In this document: in pieces, positions 18,419-28,328 of the stretch | Position numbering within the stretch: position 1 is the stretch's first letter | Layout: every line of letters begins with the position of its first letter | DNA from: a virus | Lineage: Duplodnaviria; Caudoviricetes | Reading direction: 5' to 3' (one strand) | Length of the DNA stretch: 64,000 nucleotides | IMG/VR virus record: IMGVR_UViG_2903109678_000002 | Span: 1 to 64,000 of that record | Notes under the pieces: generated by a model | What the model was told of the DNA's origin: nothing | What the model saw: the letters and a program-made list of their open reading frames with translations, nothing else | Database searches by the model: none | Made by a program: the position numbers and the translations under genes

Positions 18419-20059
18419 TTAACCCTGTTTCAGGCTGACCAGCGCCCCTTTCACATCAACACCCGCTTTTCCCGCCACTTCTGTTTTCGCCGTGGCATCA
18501 AGTTTGATGTTAACTTTCGCCTTGATGGTGGCATTGGTATCCACATCCAGCGTGGCTTCGCCTTTATTAAGTACCAATGCGCTTTTCACCCCGGCTAACT
18601 CCTGCTGTAGCGTGATACCGGTAGTCGGACTGAGCATCAGAGACTGCTTGAGCTGTTTTTCGCTGTTGGTATGCACAATCCCTACGCCGTCCGCCGGAGT
18701 GAGGAACGGTGTCTGATTGAGGGTGCTGTGCATCGAACCGAGAATCACCGGGTAACAGGGATCTTCATCAATAAACGCCACCACCACTTCATCTCCCTGT
18801 TGCGGATAGAAGCTAAAGCCATGGCCTTTGCCAGCGTAAGGGCTGCTGAGGCGAGCCCGAATCGGCGTTGGTTTGCTCAGCTGGAGCGCGGGGATGTCAA
18901 TGGCCAACGTATTATCCGCAGGCAACGGCCCAGAGGGGTTCACACCGATGACCCCCACATGCAAACCTGGCGCGCGTGGCACGCGCTCGTGGGTTATGGG
19001 TGGCGCATACTCGCTGCCGATTTCTAACAGGGTCTCCCAGTCTTCCAGGCCCTGTGTCGCGGCGGAGAAGCGATGCCTCACCCCCATCACCAGCGCCGTT
19101 CCGTCACTGGCAGTACCAAACCCTGCCAGCAGCACGCTGTTGCCGGGCTCAATGCTGGCATCACCGTGAATAGCCAGCTCTGCGGAGACGGCACTGAGAT
19201 GGTTCATTTGCAGGCGAGCGGTGGCTAACTCAACCGCTTCGCCCGGATCCAGCATGTTATAACCTTGCTGCCAAATGGCGGTGTTTAACGGCTTAACCAG
19301 CTTTGCATCGTATGCCATTAACCCCAGCATAGCGGGCAGGCCTGCACCGGGGAGTAGCTTCTGCGTTGGCACGTTCCAGCCGCCGACGTTGATCCCCTGC
19401 GCCAGTTGCTCGTTACTGTGGGTGATGGTTAACCTGCGCAGTCCCTCTTTCCCTGGGACAAAACGTACAACCGGCGCTGCCGCCAGCGGCTTAATCGCGG
19501 AAACTACGCCCAGCCCATTGGTGGCGAGCATCAGGCCACAGGCATTCAGCCGGGTTTGCACATAGCGCCAGTCAGAACAGTTGAACTGAATCATCTGGGG
19601 ATGGCTGATTTTCATCCCCTCAACTTTACCCGCTACGATGCCGTGCTGCGTCAGGATCAGGCGCAGGATCGCTTCATCCGTCATCATCGGCCAGACCTGG
19701 CTCTGATACGTTGACTTCAGCAACTGCAACGCATGGCTGAGATGTAGCTCCAGCGTGCGGGATTTATCATCCATTGAAAGTTGTGTGCGCGTCAGCCGCC
19801 CTGTAAACAGCGCGGTTTTACCCACCATAATCGTGGCCACAGCCCCCGGCAGGAACGATGCCAGTTCGGCTTCCACCTCGGGATTAGGCACTTTGCCTGG
19901 TTTCGGGCATTGAAGTACCAGCTTTGCTGTCGATACCTCATTGAGTCGGTTGATGGTGGTCAACTCAACCAGCCGAAACCCTTTGAGTGCGCTGGCTTTT
20001 TTCGTGGGCTCAACCAGGACTTTACCTGCCACGGATACTGTTAACTGATAATTGGCCAT
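18419..20059 (-). CDS. Afp8-like VgrG/gp27-gp5 central spike
   Basis: QFNCSDWRY, ARLSSPYAG, FYPQQGDEVVVAFIDEDP.YPVILGSMH; short beta-helix C-terminus. Confidence 0.92.
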   Translation of the reverse strand: MANYQLTVSVAGKVLVEPTKKASALKGFRLVELTTINRLNEVSTAKLVLQCPKPGKVPNPEVEAELASFLPGAVATIMVGKTALFTGRLTRTQLSMDDKSRTLELHLSHALQLLKSTYQSQVWPMMTDEAILRLILTQHGIVAGKVEGMKISHPQMIQFNCSDWRYVQTRLNACGLMLATNGLGVVSAIKPLAAAPVVRFVPGKEGLRRLTITHSNEQLAQGINVGGWNVPTQKLLPGAGLPAMLGLMAYDAKLVKPLNTAIWQQGYNMLDPGEAVELATARLQMNHLSAVSAELAIHGDASIEPGNSVLLAGFGTASDGTALVMGVRHRFSAATQGLEDWETLLEIGSEYAPPITHERVPRAPGLHVGVIGVNPSGPLPADNTLAIDIPALQLSKPTPIRARLSSPYAGKGHGFSFYPQQGDEVVVAFIDEDPCYPVILGSMHSTLNQTPFLTPADGVGIVHTNSEKQLKQSLMLSPTTGITLQQELAGVKSALVLNKGEATLDVDTNATIKAKVNIKLDATAKTEVAGKAGVDVKGALVSLKQG

Positions 20060-20076
20060 CGCGTTTCTCCCGCAGA

Positions 20077-20811
20077 TCAGTGACCGACCATAAGGTTCTC
20101 ACCCACCTGGGGCTGATTCAGGCTGTCTAAATCGTTATCAACGGCGGTGCCCACGTAATCCACGCTGTCGCCCTGCTGTTCGCCCATCGCCGCAGCGGCA
20201 GCTGAAGCGGCTGTCAGTCCCGCGATCAGGGCAATCACCGCTGGCAGCACGGTCAGGTCAGGAACGGTCAGGTTGGGCATACTCAGACCCGCACCGACGG
20301 TGGTATCCGTTTTATAGTGCACGCCTTTAATCGAGAAACTGACTGAGGCCTGAATCGGCTCTCCTTGTCGGTTAAACAAGGTACGATTGATGGCCAGGCT
20401 GGTCATTAATCCTTCATAGGTCGTTGGACCATAGACAAATTTTACCCGTACCGGATTCGAGGTCAGCATATCTACCCCATGCACCAGGACCGTTAACGCC
20501 TCAATAATTTGCTGCACGGAATAAACGCGTTTTTCAGGCAGCGTGGAATCGAGGGTTAACGACAGATGCAGGGTCACGCCACTGGTCTGAGTACGCATCT
20601 CACTGTCTTTACCACCGGATAAGCTACTGACACTCTGGTAGCTGGACGTATGGGTGGTATGCAAATTGTCTGGATTGAAATGCAGAGGAATGCCCAATGG
20701 AAACAGCAGCAATTCCGGTGCGGTGACACCGACAGTGTAAGACTCATCGCTATAGCCATATAAGGTGGCTTTGGCGGGAATCATGGTTTTCAGCTGGCTG
20801 ACGATACTCAT
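20077..20811 (-). CDS. Afp7-like tube initiator protein
   Basis: FNPDNL, LTLDST, TLFNRQGEPIQA; degenerate LysM-like end NDLDSLN..VG..L. Confidence 0.78.
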   Translation of the reverse strand: MSIVSQLKTMIPAKATLYGYSDESYTVGVTAPELLLFPLGIPLHFNPDNLHTTHTSSYQSVSSLSGGKDSEMRTQTSGVTLHLSLTLDSTLPEKRVYSVQQIIEALTVLVHGVDMLTSNPVRVKFVYGPTTYEGLMTSLAINRTLFNRQGEPIQASVSFSIKGVHYKTDTTVGAGLSMPNLTVPDLTVLPAVIALIAGLTAASAAAAAMGEQQGDSVDYVGTAVDNDLDSLNQPQVGENLMVGH

Positions 20812-20987
20812 CTGAACCTCCAGGCTTCATCACGTATTTTTGCCATCACCTGGCTCATGACCTGGCGCGAAATACGATTGACCAGGTCCGCTTCGGTAAC
20901 CGGAGAGAGAGAGGCTGCCGGTGGCTGATCGTTGATATCATCAGTGACGCGTGCTTCGATGATCAGTTCACGAATTTCAATCGTCAT
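20808..20987 (-). CDS. Afp6-like spike plug protein
   Basis: MTIEIRELIIEARV motif; overlaps the upstream stop codon (ATGA). Confidence 0.82.
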   Translation of the reverse strand: MTIEIRELIIEARVTDDINDQPPAASLSPVTEADLVNRISRQVMSQVMAKIRDEAWRFR

Positions 20988-21448
20988 AGTTTGACTCCCA
21001 GCCATTCAATGCTGCGACAGGTAAACTCAAAGCTGTTGATCAGCGGCTGGCCCGAATCGGCATCCAGCGCCCCGTATTGCATGCGCACCGGGAGTGCATC
21101 ACTCGCCATCCAGATTGACTGCGGCTTGCCAGACTCCCCCAGCAGCATGATGGTAATGTCGAAATAGGTGACCGAGGTCAGGAACTCGCTCAGGATCAAC
21201 TGCACTCCCACGCTCATCGGTGTGGGGATCATCACCCCCCGATCAAACACCAGGTTTGAAGTGGTCGAGCGCTGCGGGAGTACCCGGTTGCTGGCGTTAT
21301 GCCCGCCTTCGTGAATCGATCGGGTCTGTAGCTGGTAGCCGAGCCCCGTGATACTGGCAAACTTAAAGCTTAACGGGTCTGGTACTAAGCCCAGCAAGAC
21401 AAAAGAGGCGAGAAAACGGTGATTCAGTTCAGGCTGATAGATGCTCAC
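20984..21448 (-). CDS. Afp5-like tail tube protein (gp19 family)
   Basis: FASITGLG, EGGHN, NLVFDRGV, ALPVR, LDA. GTG start after GGAGGA. Confidence 0.87.
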   Translation of the reverse strand: MSIYQPELNHRFLASFVLLGLVPDPLSFKFASITGLGYQLQTRSIHEGGHNASNRVLPQRSTTSNLVFDRGVMIPTPMSVGVQLILSEFLTSVTYFDITIMLLGESGKPQSIWMASDALPVRMQYGALDADSGQPLINSFEFTCRSIEWLGVKL

Positions 21449-21449
21449 G

Positions 21450-22646
21450 TTATCCTCCCGTGGCCGCGACATGCTCGGCAGTCAGATAGAAGTCGAGATT
21501 AATATGGATAAATTCGGCCGGTCTTTGGGTCGCCACCGCCACCCTGACGCGCAGCAAACCACTGGCGATTTCACTGGCTGACATGGTTTCATCCAGACCG
21601 ACACTGATTTTATAGGCATCATCTTCTACGCCCCCGGCCAGCCCCCCTTGTTCCCACAGCCTTTTAAGCTGTTGGCGCACCACGGCATGCAGCCGGTACC
21701 AGGTGATTTCATTGTTAGGTTCAAAGACATAAGGGCGCATAGCCTCTTTCAGCGTCTGTTTAATCCACTTGACCAACCGCTGATTTTGCAGATAGACAAA
21801 GCGCAGGTCAGGTTGATTACTCAACGTGCGGCAACCCCAAATTTTAACGCCGCGACCGGGGAAACTGCGGATCTGATTCACCGAGCGGCCGCTGCGCGGA
21901 TCAGGATGGAACAACGTGACGGGTGTGAGATGGTCATACTGGGGTTTGAGCACCCGCTCCAGCCGCAGGTTAGCGGGGGCGTACCAGATACCCCGCTGCT
22001 TATCAGACTGTTGCATTTTGGCCGCCACGGCCGCACCCGGAGGCACGGCCCGCAGCGCGCGCGTGGGAAAGGCCGGATCTTCGCTGACCATCACCCACGG
22101 CCAGTATCCCGCAAGGTGTGCCCAGTGTTCATTGCCCCATTTTGCGTTGTATTTTTCTGCGTCAGCAGGCGCACTCGGATAGTCAATTAAACCCGTCAGG
22201 TTCAGGCTCGAGGCGCAGCAGATGGCCAGTTGATTAACCACACTTTCCCACTGGTTCTCATCTAGCAGCGGGAGTTCTGGCAGCACCACCAGCGTAATGG
22301 TGGGCTCGTCTGCCAGCAGGGCAAAGGCTTCATCGTAGCCCGTAACAGAGGGGACATCGTCGATCAGTGTGCCGAGAGAAATCACATAGCACTGGCCGCC
22401 ACCATGACTGAAGTAGAGGCGCATAGCGTCGGCGAGATAGCCACCGTTGCGCACAGCATCACGGCCAAACTGGTCATAATAGTCTTGCAGCGAAGTGACC
22501 TGTACCCGCTCAAGTACCGATGCTTCAGGATGGTCGGCATAACCAATAAACACCGGCAGCGCGGTGAGTTTTTCCCGCTGGCTGATGTTGATGATCTGTT
22601 GATGAAAAGAGACGCCGGGCTGACTGAAATCACTGTTCAAAGACAT
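21450..22646 (-). CDS. Afp4-like tail sheath protein
   Basis: QPGVSF, LPVFIGY, YFSHGGG, GIWYAPAN, WGCRTL, RPAEFI. Confidence 0.9.
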   Translation of the reverse strand: MSLNSDFSQPGVSFHQQIINISQREKLTALPVFIGYADHPEASVLERVQVTSLQDYYDQFGRDAVRNGGYLADAMRLYFSHGGGQCYVISLGTLIDDVPSVTGYDEAFALLADEPTITLVVLPELPLLDENQWESVVNQLAICCASSLNLTGLIDYPSAPADAEKYNAKWGNEHWAHLAGYWPWVMVSEDPAFPTRALRAVPPGAAVAAKMQQSDKQRGIWYAPANLRLERVLKPQYDHLTPVTLFHPDPRSGRSVNQIRSFPGRGVKIWGCRTLSNQPDLRFVYLQNQRLVKWIKQTLKEAMRPYVFEPNNEITWYRLHAVVRQQLKRLWEQGGLAGGVEDDAYKISVGLDETMSASEIASGLLRVRVAVATQRPAEFIHINLDFYLTAEHVAATGG

Positions 22647-22711
22647 GGCTTAACCTCTTTACGTCTATTTTACGGAAGGTGGCAGGAGACGTGCCAACGC
22701 GTGGACGGCAC

Positions 22712-23986
22712 CTAAGCGGCCATAAGATCCTGCGAGAAGTCGAGCCAGAGAAACTCCACCGGACGCAGCGCCGCCAGCCCGATGCGGATGCGCAAAATGC
22801 CAAGGCTTAACTCACTGGACGTCAGCGCCAGTTCAACCTGGAAAGCCTGCTGTGGCGTTTCCCCATACAGCCCTCCCTGCTGCCACAGACGGTGCAGATA
22901 CTGATTGATTGCTGCCCGCGCCGACTGCCAGGTGCCTGCTGAGTTGGGTTGATACACCACCGGCAGCAGCAGGTTACGGACATCGCGCTCAACGGTGTTA
23001 AACAGCAGCCGCACCGGGATGTAGCGCCAACTGCTGTCGCTACTGGTCGCCAGCGTGCGAGCGCCCATCACCGTCGTGCCACCTTGTTCCTGCCAGAGAA
23101 TGGCATTAACGCCCCGTTCGTTGAGATCACCATGCTGAGCGTTACCAATGGCACGCTGCGGGTCAACGCCTTCCAGCGCAAGATTGGCGCTGGCCTGCCA
23201 CACGCCCAGTTGGCGCTCGGTGCGACAGTAAAGCCCGGCAACAGGTGCACAGGGTGAGAGCGTGAAGGTGTTCAGGTGCTGGTAATCCACGGTGACGAGA
23301 TTGAGCCACTGCTTGACCTTGCGATAGGTTTCCCGCTGTTTAGCCGTCCCCTGCGCCAGCGAGCTGAGGCTGCATGCAAGGTCACGGAGCCAGATATCCG
23401 ACGCCTGAATACTGAGCGGTTGACGCGGCACCAGATCCGGCGTGTAGCAGGCACTCTGTGCCTGTTCGCCGTAACGCGGTGGATTCCCACTGCCAACCAC
23501 ATAGCGCAGCAGCAAAAACGACTGTGGTAGCCGTGAAGTTAAGCCACCAAGCTGCGTCAGAATAGCCTCATCATCATGGCCCACATCAATCAGCGCCATC
23601 AGCGAGATATCATCCCGCTGCGCGAGGATTTCGCTGAGGCGCGCAATCTCATCACCCTGCGCCAGCGACAGGATGTAACAAGGGCCACCGCCGTTTTCGA
23701 AGTAGCTGCGCAAGGCAAATGCTGCGCTGTGAACGGCACTGCGTTCTGGCTGTAGGCTGTCTGGCAGTGAGTCGGTCTCGACTTCCACCCACACTTGCGC
23801 CCCCTGCAACAGCTGGCAGTAGTGCTGCCAGTTTTCAATCCACACCGGGCCATAGCTAAGGCTTAGTGGCGTGTTGTCCTGCTGACGAAAACGCCCCACC
23901 AGCAATGGCACCAGCTTGCTCATGCCGGGACTGGCCAGTGCCAGCCGGTTGTTCTCTTTAATAAATACGCCGGGATAATTGCTCAT
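22712..23986 (-). CDS. Afp3-like tail sheath protein (copy 3)
   Basis: YPGVFIKE, VPLLVGRF, YFENGGGPCY, MGARTL, WRYIPVR, RPVEF. Confidence 0.9.
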   Translation of the reverse strand: MSNYPGVFIKENNRLALASPGMSKLVPLLVGRFRQQDNTPLSLSYGPVWIENWQHYCQLLQGAQVWVEVETDSLPDSLQPERSAVHSAAFALRSYFENGGGPCYILSLAQGDEIARLSEILAQRDDISLMALIDVGHDDEAILTQLGGLTSRLPQSFLLLRYVVGSGNPPRYGEQAQSACYTPDLVPRQPLSIQASDIWLRDLACSLSSLAQGTAKQRETYRKVKQWLNLVTVDYQHLNTFTLSPCAPVAGLYCRTERQLGVWQASANLALEGVDPQRAIGNAQHGDLNERGVNAILWQEQGGTTVMGARTLATSSDSSWRYIPVRLLFNTVERDVRNLLLPVVYQPNSAGTWQSARAAINQYLHRLWQQGGLYGETPQQAFQVELALTSSELSLGILRIRIGLAALRPVEFLWLDFSQDLMAA

Positions 23987-24057
23987 CCTCTTCTCCTGGG
24001 AATCCATCGGGCCGCAGGGCGGCTGACGGCGAAGGGTTCAGGTGGTTAGGTATAGAT

Positions 24058-25455
24058 TCAGGCGAGAACCTGTAGCTGTTGGGTAAATTCCAGTTCGATA
24101 AATTCTGCGGGCCTGAGCGGCGCCAGGGCGACACGAATGCGCATTACCCCTTGTGCCTCGTCATCCTCATCCAGCGCAACCTGCACCTGGAAGGCCTGCT
24201 CCGGGGTCAGCCCTTGTAATCCACCCCGTTTCCACAGCAGGTAGAGGTATTGGCGGATGCCCGCCGTGGCCGCTTGCCAGCTGCGTGCGCCGTTGGGTTC
24301 GAACACCTGCGGTTGGATTATCGCCTGTAGATCTCGCTGCACCGCGTTAAACAGCAGGCGTACCGAGACGAAGCGCCCGTTGAGGTCTTGCGTGTCTGCG
24401 GTGCGCGCCCCGGCGATCACCGTGCCAGTGCGAGGCGACCACAGCAGCGGGTTAAAGCCTGCCTGAGTGAGCTCCGCCTGCTGCGACAGAGTGAGATTAT
24501 GGGTCGGCGCGGGGCCAGCGAGTTGAATGTTGGCCGGTGCTTTCCAGATGCCGCGTTCGCGTTCAGTTTTGCAGAAAACACCGGCGACACCACCGGAAGG
24601 GGCCAGGGTAATAGCCCGTAGAATGCTGTCATCGAACTGGTCAGTGTTACGCCTGGCGGTGACATTGGCATATTGCTCTCTTTGCCTTTCATCATCGCTG
24701 ACTTTAAGTTGTGCAAGGGTTTTACCGGTGCCCGCGAGCAGGGTGCTCTCTTCTTCCAGTTCACCGCCCGGCGAAGAAAACTTCAGTGCAGGTGTGTAAG
24801 TTGCAACCTGGCGGTTATCCGGCAGCGGTTGCGGAGGTACAGCGCCAGGGTACGGCTGATGGGTAATCAGCATGGCTTGTGGGTTAATTTCCTGCAACAG
24901 CGGAAAGGCAGTTTGCATGGCCACTTTGGCCTGGTCATCCAGGGCTACGTACAGGGTAATGTCATTATATTCTTGCAAAGAACCCGCGATTTTTCCCCCT
25001 TGCTGCTCGCTTTCGCAGTGCATGACATAGCAAGGGCTGCCACCATTATCAAAATAACATTTGACCCCAGCAGCACCCGTAGCGATGTCTGATGATTTAA
25101 GCACCACAATGTGATTATTTTCAGGTACTGGCACTGCACCGAATGTCACATCGTCTTCCATTGCGGAGAGGGATGTTTGCAGCGGCGATTCATCGCCTTG
25201 TTTTCTGTCTCCCCCCTTTTCAACAATCGGTTCTCCCCAACCATTCGCTAAAACAACGGTACGGGCATAAGGCGCGAATCTGGCCAGAAAAGCCTGATAA
25301 CTGTCAATCCACAGCGGTGCATTAACATGCTCGTCAGGATCGCCGCTGCAGCTCAGAAAACACCCCAACAACAGCGGCACATGGCCACTCGCGGCTGCCG
25401 CTCCCCGGCTGGGTGAATCCACTTCAGTAATACGCACACCAGGAATGTTACTCAT
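24058..25455 (-). CDS. Afp3-like tail sheath protein (copy 2)
   Basis: IPGVRITE, VPLLLGCF, YFDNGGSPCY, GIWKAPAN, RPAEFIELEFTQ. Confidence 0.9.
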   Translation of the reverse strand: MSNIPGVRITEVDSPSRGAAAASGHVPLLLGCFLSCSGDPDEHVNAPLWIDSYQAFLARFAPYARTVVLANGWGEPIVEKGGDRKQGDESPLQTSLSAMEDDVTFGAVPVPENNHIVVLKSSDIATGAAGVKCYFDNGGSPCYVMHCESEQQGGKIAGSLQEYNDITLYVALDDQAKVAMQTAFPLLQEINPQAMLITHQPYPGAVPPQPLPDNRQVATYTPALKFSSPGGELEEESTLLAGTGKTLAQLKVSDDERQREQYANVTARRNTDQFDDSILRAITLAPSGGVAGVFCKTERERGIWKAPANIQLAGPAPTHNLTLSQQAELTQAGFNPLLWSPRTGTVIAGARTADTQDLNGRFVSVRLLFNAVQRDLQAIIQPQVFEPNGARSWQAATAGIRQYLYLLWKRGGLQGLTPEQAFQVQVALDEDDEAQGVMRIRVALAPLRPAEFIELEFTQQLQVLA

Positions 25456-25547
25456 AACAGCTCCTCATCATGATGGCGTATCACCCACCGTAACCGGACG
25501 GTGCGATTAGCCACGGGCAAAATAAGTGTGATACGGCGAGAAAAGGG

Positions 25548-25589
25548 AAAAAGGGGCGGTGAAGCATGAGCAGCCAGTGAACACCGCCC
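25548..25589 (-). terminator. Terminator-like stem-loop after the first Afp3-like sheath gene
   Basis: Minus strand GGGCGGTG...CACCGCCC followed by CTTTTT; the loop is long. Confidence 0.5.
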
Positions 25590-25601
25590 AAAACAGCGTG
25601 A

Positions 25602-27005
25602 TTACGCGGCGGCTAACAGTTCCTGAGTAAACTCCAGGTCGATAAACTCCACCGGGCGCAACGCAGCAAGGCTGACGCGTACGCGCAGGATGCCGTTGTC
25701 GATATCCCCGTCTTGCAGCGCAATCTGCACCCGATAGGCCTCTTCTGGCGAGTTGCCAAACAGCCCACCGCGTTTCCAGATACCGTGCAGATAGTTACTG
25801 ATACCCGCCACTACCGCTTGCCAGGTAGGTGCTGAGTTCGGCTGGAAGATAATCGGTGCCAGCATTGCGCTGACATCACGTTCCACGGTGTTAAATAACA
25901 GGCGTACCGGGACGTAGCGCCAGTTAGTAATGTTGGGATCTGCGGAGGTGCGCGCCCCCATGATTGAAGTGCCCTTCTGCGGCGACCACAAAATGGCATT
26001 GACCCCAGCCTCGTTCAAAACACCGTGTTCCTGGGCACTAATAGTGTGTACTGGCGTTACCCCCACCAGAGAAACGTTCGCAGGTGCTTTCCACACCCCA
26101 CGGTTGCGCTCGCTGGTGCAATACGCGCCCGCCACAGCGGCAACTGGCGAGAGAGTTAGCGAACTCACCGCTGAGAAATCCAGTGGCGCGAGTGCCAGAT
26201 TGTCTTTTACCGTTTTGTAAACGGCTTTATCTCGCTGAGCGGAAAGCAGCGCATTACCCAGGAAAATACCGTTTTCATTCACCACGTTGAAATTACTCTC
26301 CAGCTTCAGCTCTGGGGTGTAACTGGCAGAAAATTCATTTTTAGGCATGACCGGGCCGGCTGGTGGCGTACTGCCGGTAAACGCTGCATGGGCAATAAAC
26401 AGGGATTGTGGATTATGCTCTTGAATCGCGGCAATACTGCCTTTAACCAGCTCTTGCGCACTGGCATTCAAAGGCACATACAACGAGACTTCATCCAACT
26501 CTGCCGTGGCTTTTTCTAAATCGTCTTTTGCATCAGAAGCGCTTAAAGCGAGGAGATAGCAAGCGCCGCCCCCGTTCGAAAAATAGCTGGCCACTGCTGC
26601 CGAGGAATTGTCATACAAATATGAACTGCTGATTTTTGTTGGCTGGCCGCTGGTAAAAGGTACCTCCGTGGCCGCAGCCACGCTATCAGCCTCTTTTGTC
26701 GCTTTTTTACTTTTTTTAGCTTCTACGCCTCCTGCCTCTTCGCCGCTTTCTTCATCACCGCCTTCCGGAAGGGGGGCCGCCTGGCCCCATGCCGGCGCCA
26801 GTTTAATAATCAGCGGGGCCGCAACGAATTTTTCAGCAAACTCCGCATAGTTAGCCACATAGACTGCGCCATCTGCCGCATTGGCTTGCGTTCCGTCCTT
26901 TTTCCAAAAGGCTCCCACCAAAAGCGGCACCAGGCCGCTCATGCCCGCAGCACCCACCGAAGGGGTACTGCTTTCAATAATTTTCACTCCAGGATTTCTA
27001 CTCAT
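25602..27005 (-). CDS. Afp3-like tail sheath protein (copy 1)
   Basis: NPGVKIIE, VPLLVGAF, YFSNGGGACY, GVWKAPAN, WRYVPVR, RPVEFIDLEFTQ. Confidence 0.92.
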   Translation of the reverse strand: MSRNPGVKIIESSTPSVGAAGMSGLVPLLVGAFWKKDGTQANAADGAVYVANYAEFAEKFVAAPLIIKLAPAWGQAAPLPEGGDEESGEEAGGVEAKKSKKATKEADSVAAATEVPFTSGQPTKISSSYLYDNSSAAVASYFSNGGGACYLLALSASDAKDDLEKATAELDEVSLYVPLNASAQELVKGSIAAIQEHNPQSLFIAHAAFTGSTPPAGPVMPKNEFSASYTPELKLESNFNVVNENGIFLGNALLSAQRDKAVYKTVKDNLALAPLDFSAVSSLTLSPVAAVAGAYCTSERNRGVWKAPANVSLVGVTPVHTISAQEHGVLNEAGVNAILWSPQKGTSIMGARTSADPNITNWRYVPVRLLFNTVERDVSAMLAPIIFQPNSAPTWQAVVAGISNYLHGIWKRGGLFGNSPEEAYRVQIALQDGDIDNGILRVRVSLAALRPVEFIDLEFTQELLAAA

Positions 27006-27032
27006 GATCGATCCTCATGAAAAGGCGCGTGA

Positions 27033-28301
27033 TCACGCGCCACTGGCAACTTGTTGGCTAAACTCCAGCACGATAAATTCCGCCGGGCGCACCACCGCAA
27101 TACCGATACGCGCTTTGAGGATTCCGTTATCAATGTCGGCCTGAGTCATGGTGACTCCCAGTCCCACCTGAATAAAGAAGGCCTCTTCCGGCGTATTCCC
27201 CTGTAACGCGCCTTTTTTCCACAGGTTGTAGAGGTAGTTCTCTACGGCGGCACGCACCGCCTCCCAGGTTGCCTGGCCGTTGGGCTCAAACAGCACCGAT
27301 TCCAGCGCCCGGCCAATATCGCGTTCTGCCATATCAAAGGTACGGCGCACCGGGACATATCCCCAGGCATTGCCGCCAGTGGTCAGCGTGCGAGCGCCCC
27401 ATAGCAGCAGACCACGCCCTTTGAATTCGCGCAGAATATTGACGGATTTGGTGGTGTGGTTTCCGCTGGTAAACAGGGCTTGCGTGGCTGACCCCACTTT
27501 AACCAGTGGGCTTAAACCCGAAGAGACAGCAGCATTTGCCGGTGCTTTCCATGGGCCTACGCTATTGTCAGTGCGACAGATGATGCCCGCTGCGACAGCA
27601 CTCGGCGCAACATTAGCAATCTCGGTCACCCCCGGAATGCTCCAGTTGGCTTTCAGCCATGGATAATAAACTGCAGCATGCTCTGTGGCCTGGATACCGC
27701 CGAGCGCAGTTTCAAGCTCACCTTTAACATCCCCTTTTGACTCCTCCGGCCCGTCCAGTAGAGCAAAACGCCCACTGCCTTCCGCGGTGTACTTCAGGAT
27801 GTCAGATGTTACTGTGCTCTGACCCGCCTGCACCACCAGGGTGACATCGGGCAATTTGTCCAGCCATTCGAGCTTATCTCTGGGCAGCAGATAGCAATAA
27901 CCGCCACCATTATCAAAATACGCTTTAAGGGCGGGTAAAGTGTGTCGATCCCAGTCCGGCACATCTGCCGTTTTGGTATTCACACCCATGGCATCGGCAA
28001 GACGAGGATGATGCGCCGGCCCGCCACGAGAAAGGCGTGAAAGCAGACTAACAACGGCACGCGGCGAGTAGTAGGCCACGCTTTCCGATTTACTCCCGCT
28101 GGCGGAGAAATAACTGAGTACATCCGCAAACGAATTGATCAAAGCGGGTTTTTCGCCCAACGCCTTCCACCAATCCAAAGAGCCCGAATTGCCGTCCAGA
28201 ATCACCGGTACTGCTGTCGCCGAGCTGCTGATGCTGAATGAGGGCAAATCCACCTCATCCACATACACGCCCGGCGCTTTTGGTAAAGTAAATACAGCCA
28301 T
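27033..28301 (-). CDS. Afp2-like major tail sheath protein
   Basis: APGVYVDE..SISSSATAVPV, YFDNGGGYCY, GPWKAPAN, WGARTL, RPAEFIVLEFSQ. Confidence 0.93.
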   Translation of the reverse strand: MAVFTLPKAPGVYVDEVDLPSFSISSSATAVPVILDGNSGSLDWWKALGEKPALINSFADVLSYFSASGSKSESVAYYSPRAVVSLLSRLSRGGPAHHPRLADAMGVNTKTADVPDWDRHTLPALKAYFDNGGGYCYLLPRDKLEWLDKLPDVTLVVQAGQSTVTSDILKYTAEGSGRFALLDGPEESKGDVKGELETALGGIQATEHAAVYYPWLKANWSIPGVTEIANVAPSAVAAGIICRTDNSVGPWKAPANAAVSSGLSPLVKVGSATQALFTSGNHTTKSVNILREFKGRGLLLWGARTLTTGGNAWGYVPVRRTFDMAERDIGRALESVLFEPNGQATWEAVRAAVENYLYNLWKKGALQGNTPEEAFFIQVGLGVTMTQADIDNGILKARIGIAVVRPAEFIVLEFSQQVASGA

Positions 28302-28328
28302 ATAACCTCCAGAAGGTTAAGCAGTACA

